Shown here one piece after another: positions 47,051 to 54,455 of a DNA stretch of 54,455 nucleotides. The notes under the pieces are model-generated. The model was given only the letters and a program-made list of their open reading frames with translations. It made no database searches and was not told the origin of the DNA. The position numbers were made by a program, and so were the translations under genes. Origin of the DNA: a virus (lineage: Duplodnaviria > Caudoviricetes); the IMG/VR virus record IMGVR_UViG_3300033406_000296, positions 1 through 54,455 of that record; one strand, 5' to 3'. The stretch's first letter is position 1, and each line of letters starts with the position of its first letter.

Positions 47051-47509
47051 GTGACAATTAATTTAATACCTTTTGTATATACGGCAATTTTTGCAGTTCT
47101 ACTTTTTATACTTGTTCCTAGAAACGATATAAGAAGGTTATTGATATATGGAATTATTTATGGCGGGGTTTTTGATGTTGTTTTACTAAGCATCACAAAC
47201 TTTATCGGCGAATTTCGGTATATAAATTATGAACCATTTGGTTTAATGGGGATTCATTTCTTAGCACCTATATCATGGTCGATTTTTTTCGTTATGTATT
47301 TTTATTTTTTGCCAGAAAAGCCTAAATATGTATACGTATATGTGATTGCGGCAATTTTCTATAGCATGTTATTTTGCCAAATGATTACCAAAATGGGTGT
47401 CTTACAATTGGCGCACGGAATATGGGATTCAATAATACCCTTTATATTATGGTTTCCTCTTGCTACGTGGGGCTACTATAGGTTGACAAAAGGAGCGAAG
47501 CTAAGGTAA
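47051..47509 (+). CDS. Integral membrane protein (CBO0543-like, tentative)
   Basis: RBS GGAGGTG before GTG; about 5 TM segments. Confidence 0.7.
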   Translation: MTINLIPFVYTAIFAVLLFILVPRNDIRRLLIYGIIYGGVFDVVLLSITNFIGEFRYINYEPFGLMGIHFLAPISWSIFFVMYFYFLPEKPKYVYVYVIAAIFYSMLFCQMITKMGVLQLAHGIWDSIIPFILWFPLATWGYYRLTKGAKLR

Positions 47510-47728
47510 GTCCTTTTCAACTGTAAGGCGTAAAAGAAGATGCTACCCCATTGCGGGCGGCTCCTTTTTTGCGGTCCTATATAACTGGAATCATTTGTTC
47601 ATAGTCTCGGTTAACATGACATGCTATAATGAAACTGCATTTCGGTATTATTACATACTCCTATCTATATGGTGGGAGTTTTTTTACATTAATACGCCCC
47701 TGGCCGTTTGGTTGGGGGTCTTTACTGT

Positions 47729-48352
47729 TTATCGGTAATCAGTATTAATGTATAAAAAATCTGAATCAGTAATTTCTTTATAACCCAATTTATACATATA
47801 ACTTCGAAGTATAGTGTCAATATCATGTCCGTTGACGGACTTAATTATTGTTTGATCATTTTCTTTGGGAACATAGAAGGCCAGAGGAATCATGATAATA
47901 CACCCTATTTTTAAACCGAGTGAGTGAAATAAAATATTATCTATGTTAGTAATAACTGATTTCGCCACATTACTATACTCGTCTTTAATATGAATAGTCT
48001 CTAATGAAAGTATGTTTTTATGCTTACCGACAAACTTACTGCTGAACCTGTTGCTCTCGGTTAATGTATTATAAGCTGACGACATATCTTCACTTATTGC
48101 ATTGAAAACATTGTAAACGGAATCGTTGGCATGTTCGATCTTAACTATATCAATAAATGTACTTTCAATAAAACCAATATTCTCAGCAACGCCTTCTTCC
48201 CCGTTTTTTAATTCAATCCCGTAAATTTCTGTTAGGACATAATAACTGTAGTGTTTTGGTTTTAGGTCAGTAGGCCAAGAGTCTTTCAATGGAACAATAA
48301 AAGGTTTTAAAGGGGATTTCGATACTTCAAACTGAAGTTTATCTATTCTCAT
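47729..48352 (-). CDS. Hypothetical protein (possible degenerate GNAT fold)
   Basis: ILSLETIHIKDEY...YMYKLGYKEI. Confidence 0.65.
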   Translation of the reverse strand: MRIDKLQFEVSKSPLKPFIVPLKDSWPTDLKPKHYSYYVLTEIYGIELKNGEEGVAENIGFIESTFIDIVKIEHANDSVYNVFNAISEDMSSAYNTLTESNRFSSKFVGKHKNILSLETIHIKDEYSNVAKSVITNIDNILFHSLGLKIGCIIMIPLAFYVPKENDQTIIKSVNGHDIDTILRSYMYKLGYKEITDSDFLYINTDYR

Positions 48353-48474
48353 GTTCGTATCACTCGCAATCTATTTTATACCTGGTATTGTGGCTGGGTA
48401 TTAACAGCATCTTCTCTACGAAAAATGAGAATATATTTAATTTATGACATATATAGCCAAAATCCTTCTAATGC

Positions 48475-48499
48475 AGGAATATAATGTAAATAGAAGAAT
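48475..48499 (+). promoter_or_regulatory. Sigma-H-type promoter
   Basis: GC-AGGA-N17-GAAT, a full consensus match. Confidence 0.72.
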
Positions 48500-48531
48500 A
48501 ACTTACTATTATATTCTTATGGCGGTGGGTT

Positions 48532-48732
48532 ATGCTTAAAAACCGATTAAAACATTTTCGACACAAGCACGAGATGAACCAGACTGAGTTTGCAGAGTTT
48601 TTGGGATTTTCGGTTGGCACATACAACCAATGGGAAAACCACAAGCGTGAGCCTGCTCTTGATAATGCATGGCAGATTGCAAAAAAATTAAACTGTACAG
48701 TTAATGACCTGTTCGAGGAAATTAATCCTTGA
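48532..48732 (+). CDS. XRE HTH regulator
   Basis: NRLKHFR..MNQTEFAEFLG...YNQWE; terminator hairpin 48709-48745 overlaps its end. Confidence 0.9.
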   Translation: MLKNRLKHFRHKHEMNQTEFAEFLGFSVGTYNQWENHKREPALDNAWQIAKKLNCTVNDLFEEINP

Positions 48733-48850
48733 ACAGGCTTTTTATTTATCATATAAAAACTTAACGCGGACGTGCAATATTATCACGTTAATGCATATCT
48801 ATATAGCAAACAATATACTCACCATCAAGGTATATAGGAGGCTATATAGT

Positions 48851-49651
48851 ATGATCGCAGTGGATTGTGGGAGGTTCGCCGTAAAGGCAGTAAGAGACCA
48901 CCGAATAATCATTCCAAGTGTAGTCGGAGAATGGCGAGAGCGACGAATAACCGAGGGAGGCAATTACGAGGTAAGTATAAATGGACAGAAATATTTCATT
49001 GGGGAACTTGCTCAGCAGGAGAGCCGTTTCGCCCGAGACATGACAACCAGGAGTAAAATCCACGAGGAAACGAAGATCCTCACGCTGACAGCGATAGCAT
49101 TATTAACCGACACGGAACGGGTTCAGTTAGTTACCGGCTTGCCGGTTGAGCAACACACCCCAAACACAAAGGCCGAATTAAGGAAACTGTTTACCGGAAT
49201 TTATGATGTTGAAGTGAACGGAGTAAGGAAGCATATTCGCTTAGCTGAATCCGACATCGTAATAACCATTGAAGGGGCCGGGGCGTACATCGCAGAATCG
49301 CCTCCCGGTAAGTGCCGGATCATCGATGCTGGCAGCCGAACGATCAATACACTCACGATCGATGAAAATAAAAAATACCGCGACCTGCAGTCCGGTACGT
49401 TGGATTACGGATGTATGGAATTAATGGCTGACAATCAGACGGAGCAGTTTTCACGACGAATTATAACCGATCTAAGTAAGCTATGGGTGAAATATTCTGG
49501 AGAGCCTGTACTGTTGACCGGTGGAGGTGCAGGGGTGCTTGAGCCGTATCTGAGTAAGCATTTTAAGGTTAGGCAGGTAAGCAGTCCGATTTATGCTAAT
49601 GCTCTAGGCTATCATGCTCTGGGGGTGCGAATGTGGCAAAAACAAGGTTAG
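48851..49651 (+). CDS. parM: ParM/StbA-family actin-like ATPase
   Basis: IAVDCGRFAVK (phosphate 1), VTGLP, EG, IIDAGSRT (phosphate 2), LTGGGA, YANALG. Confidence 0.9.
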   Translation: MIAVDCGRFAVKAVRDHRIIIPSVVGEWRERRITEGGNYEVSINGQKYFIGELAQQESRFARDMTTRSKIHEETKILTLTAIALLTDTERVQLVTGLPVEQHTPNTKAELRKLFTGIYDVEVNGVRKHIRLAESDIVITIEGAGAYIAESPPGKCRIIDAGSRTINTLTIDENKKYRDLQSGTLDYGCMELMADNQTEQFSRRIITDLSKLWVKYSGEPVLLTGGGAGVLEPYLSKHFKVRQVSSPIYANALGYHALGVRMWQKQG

Positions 49652-49848
49652 TGTATTTTACCGATTCTGACGCAGAGTTACTGAAATACAGCAAAGAACT
49701 GCCCAATTTCAGTCGTTGGGTAAAGCAAAAACTAGCCACCGAGCGTGATACGGGAAGCATTGAAGCGTTGATTAATAAATTGATAGATGCACGGCTCGGG
49801 GCGGTTGCGGTGACCAGTAACGATGCAGATTTTAGTCAGTTTATTTGA
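49633..49848 (+). CDS. ParR-like small DNA-binding adaptor
   Basis: Overlaps parM; beta-alpha-alpha N-terminus (TRLVYF..D.ELL...NFSRWVK) and short acidic-hydrophobic tail. Confidence 0.65.
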   Translation: MAKTRLVYFTDSDAELLKYSKELPNFSRWVKQKLATERDTGSIEALINKLIDARLGAVAVTSNDADFSQFI

Positions 49849-49866
49849 GAGTATAATTTTCCCATT

Positions 49867-49881
49867 GCTGTCACTGACAGC
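49867..49881. promoter_or_regulatory. Perfect palindrome, putative operator
   Basis: GCTGTCA-C-TGACAGC, 50 nt upstream of the membrane/ATPase operon. Confidence 0.5.
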
Positions 49882-49930
49882 TTATGATAGGGACAACCGA
49901 AAAGATGCATGTCAAAGGAGGATTTTAAAA

Positions 49931-50026
49931 ATGTTGTGGGCGATTTGTTGGGCGGGGTTAAAAATCGGCTTAACCCTAGGGGCAACATTTTGGATGGCTG
50001 CGGTCAGGGCAAGGAGGATGGAATAA
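49931..50026 (+). CDS. 31-aa hydrophobic peptide
   Basis: RBS AAGGAGG; MLWAICWAGLKIGLTLGATFWMAAVRARRME; TAATG coupling to the next gene. Confidence 0.6.
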   Translation: MLWAICWAGLKIGLTLGATFWMAAVRARRME

Positions 50027-50352
50027 TGATTATTACTGCAGGATGGTGGCGTAAACCTAAAATTCCAGCGGAAGTATCGGTTATACCATTAATGGCAGCA
50101 ACTATGCTCGGGGTTGATCATACGGTTTTAGCCTATACGCAGGGGACGATCGCGGCTAAGGCTGATCCAATCATTCAAATGATCCGCGAATTGGCTGATC
50201 CTGTGGCTTACTGCGTATTTCTGTGGGCTTGCCTCCGTTTTATAATGCATCAAGCACCAGAGGCTAAATCAATGATGAAGGATTGTGCCTGGGGATATTT
50301 TTTGGTGCAGATGGCACCAGTGTTCATGGGAATGATCCGCGATGTTAAGTGA
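50026..50352 (+). CDS. VirB2/TrbC pilin-like membrane protein (108 aa)
   Basis: RBS AAGGAGG; leader ending VLA, then a two-TM hairpin (ADPVAYCVFLWACLRFIM / AWGYFLVQMAPVF). Confidence 0.6.
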   Translation: MIITAGWWRKPKIPAEVSVIPLMAATMLGVDHTVLAYTQGTIAAKADPIIQMIRELADPVAYCVFLWACLRFIMHQAPEAKSMMKDCAWGYFLVQMAPVFMGMIRDVK

Positions 50353-50494
50353 TTACATATCTATAAGTGATATTGACAGCATGGCCTCAATCATTGTAAT
50401 GGTATTAGCGCTGGGGTATATGTTAGGTGCAAAGATCGGTAAAATTGCCTATTGGGTAATGGCTATTTATTTAATAGTAAAAGTTGCTTGGTAG
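50342..50494 (+). CDS. 50-aa two-TM protein (not in ORF track)
   Basis: MLSDYISISDIDSMASIIVMVLALGYMLGAKIGKIAYWVMAIYLIVKVAW; fills the gap between neighbours. Confidence 0.6.
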   Translation: MLSDYISISDIDSMASIIVMVLALGYMLGAKIGKIAYWVMAIYLIVKVAW

Positions 50495-50507
50495 GAGGTG
50501 CCTGCAG

Positions 50508-52766
50508 GTGTTTATTAAGATCGATAATCCCAAAATGGTTACCCTGCAGTTGGTCCCCGATCGTACAGTAAGAAACCATCATGTTGATGATCTGGCACGT
50601 AACTTACATGAGTTATATCGAAACGTGTTGAACGGTGTTAATTATAATGAGGGAAAAGTAGAATATCAGTCGCCGGACTATTCTGCTTTTGATATTATCT
50701 TATCGGCTGATGCGGTGAAATTTTATCTAACTATACCAGCAGAGTGGCAGGATTTTGCTCGAACAAAATTGACTGCTGTGTGGCCAAAAATCACTATTAT
50801 TCCGTCTGGCATAACGTATCCTCAACCTGATAAAATTTCAGTTGCGCGGCTTAAAACTAAAAATCATGACTTTTACTCTTTGCATACGGCCAAAAATGAT
50901 AACCGTCCGCTGGGGGCCATAATGGAAACCGCCAAAGATTTGCGAGCAGATGAGTATATAAGAATTCAAACTATTGCACGTCCGGCTGATCGGCAGCAAT
51001 GGGAGCATGAAGCCCTGCAGGCGTATTTGGCCCACCGACAAGGCAAACCGCTTGAACGCAGGGAAGTTTCGGTAGGGGCAGCAGTGCAAAGTGTAGCTAA
51101 ATATGCGGATGGATTTATGACTGAATTATATAGTTTTGCTTCAGATATGTTAAATATGGTGCCGGAAAAGAAACAGGAGAATTTAATTTTTAGCGATAAA
51201 TACGCTAAATTTGCACTGATGAACCGTCGCCAACTTACTGAAGCCACGGTCCATAAAATGAAAGAGGCGATATTCCACACCGAACTGCGAATATTAGCTG
51301 ATAGCAATAGTTTACAACGGAGCCGACTTTTAGTTAAAGGAATCGGCAATGCATATATTGAGTTGGCCAGTACCGATAATGAGTTTGTGATTAAACCGGT
51401 ACCGGAAAAATTCACTAAAGCGTTTATTCGTGATATAGAAACGCTTTGCTTGCCGATTTACTCAACCCATACAATAACATTATCAGCGTCGGAAATGGGT
51501 AAACTCCTGCAACTACCTGGGGCCGAATTACAACAAGATTATCCGATGATTGAACAAATAAGTACCCGAGAAACGCATTTACCCTCTGCCGTAACTGATC
51601 CTGCAGGTATATTGCTCGGAACGATCCGGTGCCAGGGGCAGGACCTTCCTGTGTATATCCCGATCAATAATTATGATGAACTATGTCTGCCGCGGATTGT
51701 TATTGGGGGAATGGGGTGCGGGAAGACACGGGGGTTTGGCGGGAATCTGATTGTCGAAGCTGTTCGGCATGGTTTTACGGCTATTGCTATTGATCCAGCC
51801 AAGGGGGAACTGTATGAAGAGGTCGTTGCAGGCTTGAAACCAGAAAGAATAGTTCATGTTAAATTCGGAGAAAGTTTGATATCCTTAGATTGGCGGGAAG
51901 TTAAATATGGGAATACAGCCAGGAGCCGACTGGCTAGTGAACTGATTTCATTCATTGAAACCGCATCAGACGAAACCGGCGTGCAAACTATGCGATATTT
52001 GAGGAGCGCGGCTAAGGCAGTCCCAACCGGACGGCTAACTGAAATAGTGGAGTTACTTACTAATCCGTCATATAGACGAAAATTAATGAAGTCAATGCCC
52101 GATCGGGAGATCGAGACATGGGATACTTACGACAAAATGAGTGATGCTAGACAAACGCAGATTGCTGGGCCGTTATTGAATCGCCTGGATGTAATTACAG
52201 GGGACGATTATTTGGCTAGTTGTCTGGAAGCTGAAAATGGAATTGATTTTGTAAATTTAATTGATTCAGGTCCGAAAGCTATTATTATTGATTTGCCAAA
52301 AGCGTCATTGGGTCCAGAAGGGGTAGACGTATTAGCAGCATTGATGGCTACAAAACTGGATTTGGCTATGGTGCTCCGTAAAACCCAATATCCGGTTTTT
52401 GTTATCCAGGATGAGCCGCATCAATATATGCGGTCAGCCCGGACATGGAAGGCAGCTACAGTGGAATCCCGTAAGTGGCGATTTGCATATTGTTGGATGT
52501 TCCATAGCGCCGAACAGATACCTAAACAATTATTGGAGATAATTAAGGCTGCTGGTCCGCATTATCATATTTATAATTCCAGCAAAAAAACATATAAGGA
52601 GCTAGCTGAAGAGCTAACTCCTTGGACAATTGAGGAAGCGTTAGAGACTAAAACGCATCACGCTTTAAATATTATTAGGGCTGAGGGGAAAAACGTTCCC
52701 GTGTTTATGGCTAAAATGGCAGCGCCGCTAACTATTAGAAAAAATAATAAAAATAGACTGGAATGA
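50508..52766 (+). CDS. VirD4/TraG/HerA-FtsK-superfamily P-loop ATPase
   Basis: Walker A GGMGCGKT, AIDPAKG, Walker B FVIQDEPHQ, ESRKW; GTG start after GGAGGTG. Confidence 0.85.
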   Translation: MFIKIDNPKMVTLQLVPDRTVRNHHVDDLARNLHELYRNVLNGVNYNEGKVEYQSPDYSAFDIILSADAVKFYLTIPAEWQDFARTKLTAVWPKITIIPSGITYPQPDKISVARLKTKNHDFYSLHTAKNDNRPLGAIMETAKDLRADEYIRIQTIARPADRQQWEHEALQAYLAHRQGKPLERREVSVGAAVQSVAKYADGFMTELYSFASDMLNMVPEKKQENLIFSDKYAKFALMNRRQLTEATVHKMKEAIFHTELRILADSNSLQRSRLLVKGIGNAYIELASTDNEFVIKPVPEKFTKAFIRDIETLCLPIYSTHTITLSASEMGKLLQLPGAELQQDYPMIEQISTRETHLPSAVTDPAGILLGTIRCQGQDLPVYIPINNYDELCLPRIVIGGMGCGKTRGFGGNLIVEAVRHGFTAIAIDPAKGELYEEVVAGLKPERIVHVKFGESLISLDWREVKYGNTARSRLASELISFIETASDETGVQTMRYLRSAAKAVPTGRLTEIVELLTNPSYRRKLMKSMPDREIETWDTYDKMSDARQTQIAGPLLNRLDVITGDDYLASCLEAENGIDFVNLIDSGPKAIIIDLPKASLGPEGVDVLAALMATKLDLAMVLRKTQYPVFVIQDEPHQYMRSARTWKAATVESRKWRFAYCWMFHSAEQIPKQLLEIIKAAGPHYHIYNSSKKTYKELAEELTPWTIEEALETKTHHALNIIRAEGKNVPVFMAKMAAPLTIRKNNKNRLE

Positions 52767-52768
52767 AA

Positions 52769-52793
52769 AGGAAAAACGTTTTTGCGATAGAAA
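52769..52793 (+). promoter_or_regulatory. Sigma-H-type promoter with no ORF directly downstream
   Basis: AA-AGGA-N17-GAAA. Confidence 0.45.
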
Positions 52794-53079
52794 TTATAAT
52801 AGTGCCACGCAATTTTGCAGTGACACAGAAAACGTCTATTTTCTTTTATTCTTTTTTGGACTAAAAATTATGCAAAACGCTTTTAGTTAAGATTTTTACT
52901 GAAATCTTAAAATTACACCGCTAAAAGTGAATTTATGTTCATTATTAGTATATCAAAAAAAATAAAAATGTAAATAGATTTTAAAAAAATAGTAAAAGGA
53001 GAGTTGTTTATTGTTTAATTGGTTTTTCGGGATAGTTAACTAGTCAAGAAAAAATAATCCAAAATAATCCAAAATAGGA

Positions 53080-53104
53080 AGGTATTTGATTCAGAGCCAA
53101 GAAG
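53080..53104 (+). promoter_or_regulatory. Sigma-H-type promoter; Spo0A box TGTCGAA at 53147-53153
   Basis: GA-AGGT-N17-GAAG upstream of the XRE gene at 53203. Confidence 0.5.
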
Positions 53105-53202
53105 TAATTATACTTTTATGCCCTAAATTTCAAAATATAAGCCTTATGTCGAAAAAGATAGAAAAATGTAGTATGATGTAATCATTCGGCTCCGTATTAA
53201 GG

Positions 53203-53412
53203 ATGGTGTTAGTGGAGCGTAATTACATCAAGGAATATAGAAAAATAAGAGGCATAAAATATCAAGCGGATTTAGCAAAGTTAGCAAACGTACCAAAGTC
53301 AACACTCGGCGAAATTGAACGGCATAAAATGAGAGGAAATCCCGAAACGCTGGATGCAATTGCAAAAGCGCTCGGGATTTCCAGGGAGGAGCTTTATATG
53401 CCGCCTGAATAA
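53203..53412 (+). CDS. XRE HTH regulator
   Basis: IKEYRKIRG..QADLAKLANVPKSTLGEIER. Confidence 0.85.
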   Translation: MVLVERNYIKEYRKIRGIKYQADLAKLANVPKSTLGEIERHKMRGNPETLDAIAKALGISREELYMPPE

Positions 53413-53691
53413 TTATTTATAAGAAGAGTTGTATTTCCACCGCAAATAGTCTTTAAATACCTTAAGTTCCTGCAACGCGGGTGCAGGAAGATCATCGTTT
53501 TCACGGAAAAAGTCTTCGATGCCAATTTCAAGACCGTCACAAATTTTTTCTATCGTTCGCACGGTGGCGGTTGAATCTTTCGACACAATATTTTGAAGTG
53601 TTGACTGTGGGACACCTGATATATCCGCTAAGCGGTTTATCGAAATCTCCAGTGCATCACACAGATAAAAAATTCGTTTAGTAATATCCAC
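53413..53691 (-). CDS. XRE HTH regulator (start GTG 53691; longer in-frame start possible)
   Basis: RBS GGAGGG; ISINRLADISGVPQSTLQNI..TIEKICDGL. Confidence 0.85.
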   Translation of the reverse strand: MDITKRIFYLCDALEISINRLADISGVPQSTLQNIVSKDSTATVRTIEKICDGLEIGIEDFFRENDDLPAPALQELKVFKDYLRWKYNSSYK

Positions 53692-53934
53692 ATAACCCTC
53701 CGTTGTGACTGACGTTAGCCCGATTATACGTTTTGAAGCTAACACTCTGCCACTAAAATAAGGGTTAATAATAAACCGTTCATGGGTAAAATACATGAAA
53801 AGCACCACCCCTTGCTCGGGTGGCAAAAAACAATAATAAAAATAAAACAATAATTACAATAATTTATATGTTGATTTTTAGCAATAGTCATTTAGTCCTA
53901 TTTAAAAATAAGGTAGCTCTTAAGGAGAGGATAA

Positions 53935-54135
53935 ATGATGAAAAGCAAATCAAGAAAAGGAAATAAAATCATAAATGATATAATTATATATTTCCCTGAT
54001 GTAAGTGTGAGCATGATGGAAATTGTTTATGCGCATTTAGAAGCTGTAAATTTGTCTGAAGATGAAATTAATAAATTTATGATTTTGTATGCAAATGGAT
54101 GTGATAAACATTATAAAAAAGGTTACTTTGCATAA
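53935..54135 (+). CDS. Hypothetical protein
   Basis: RBS AAGGAGAGG. Confidence 0.5.
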   Translation: MMKSKSRKGNKIINDIIIYFPDVSVSMMEIVYAHLEAVNLSEDEINKFMILYANGCDKHYKKGYFA

Positions 54136-54155
54136 ATCAAAAATTAAGAGTAAAC

Positions 54156-54193
54156 TTAAGGGACAAAAAGTAGTCCCTTAAGTTGTCCCTTAA
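54156..54193. promoter_or_regulatory. Putative integrase arm-type sites (3x GTCCCTTAA)
   Basis: Inverted copy at 54156-54164; direct copies at 54173-54181 and 54185-54193. Confidence 0.7.
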
Positions 54194-54329
54194 GCTATGT
54201 TTTTAGGGGTTCAAGTCAGCTTAAAACTGCTAAAATGGCAGCAAGGTAAATATATACAAATGGCCTCCGCGCCTTTAAATACGCGGATGTGTTGAAATCA
54301 AAATAGAGATATTTTTATTATGAACTTCT

Positions 54330-54380
54330 TTGACATCGTGGGGGTCACTGGTTCGAACCCAGTCGGTCGCACCAGAAAAA
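54330..54380 (+). repeat. attR core (duplicated tRNA-Val 3' half)
   Basis: Identical to 76-126; followed by the original host terminator hairpin (~54384-54415). Confidence 0.96.
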
Positions 54381-54455
54381 TTAAGGGTTCTGAGATTTCT
54401 CAGGCCTGTTTTTTGTGTTTTGATAACATTTTGACGTAAGCGTTGTCATGAGTTG

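Larger units (their letters stand above)
76..54380. mobile_element. Complete temperate siphovirus prophage (~54.25 kb)
   Basis: att direct repeats at both ends, integrase next to attL, and full lysogeny, replication, packaging, head, tail and lysis modules. Confidence 0.96.

Noticed and set aside
48771-48820. SigE/SigK/SigG promoter upstream of parM (CATA elements in an imperfect palindrome)
   Set aside because: Spacing and the -10 element did not fit any consensus cleanly.
544-53681. Many short ORFs in the track lying antisense or out of frame within long genes (e.g. 739-1014, 6874-7254, 29429-29758, 43365-43991, 50966-51415)
   Set aside because: No RBS or recognisable motifs; they are shadows of well-supported genes.
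1-54455. CRISPR array, diversity-generating retroelement, retron or invertible tail-fibre shufflon
   Set aside because: I saw no spaced repeat array, reverse transcriptase, TR/VR pair or invertase. This was by eye, so short imperfect repeats could be missed.

Overview
The window is one apparently complete temperate siphovirus prophage of about 54.25 kb, integrated in the 3' half of a tRNA-Val(GAC) gene. It is bounded by a 51-bp direct repeat (attL 76-126, attR 54330-54380). The host is a spore-forming Bacillota, probably a diderm Negativicute (Sporomusaceae-like); this host call is inference. Gene order: integrase, cI/cro/xis, recombination (SbcC-like ATPase, RecT, MBL nuclease), AbrB, replication initiator with iterons and a DnaA box, RusA, late activator, two TerS-like genes, HNH, TerL, HK97-type head, tail, an RcGTA-like baseplate, fibres, holin/amidase, then a right-end accessory arm. 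Main observations: (1) a ParM/ParR + pilin-like + small membrane proteins + VirD4/HerA-like ATPase module with no relaxase; (2) eight sigma-H-type promoters (AGG-x-N17-GAA) with the same 17-nt spacer, five directly in front of unrelated morons, in a phage that also encodes AbrB; (3) a 692-bp transposase-less Tn3-family cassette with terminal inverted repeats and a 5-bp target duplication, carrying one exported-protein gene; (4) ribosomal-protein-L27/Prp-type cleavage leaders on a second tail-tube paralogue and an Ig-like protein; (5) a pentapeptide-repeat insertion in the GTA-type tail tip; (6) a papain/Ig/permuted-papain cassette behind the endolysin where spanins might be expected. All protein family calls come from motif recognition by eye, not database searches.
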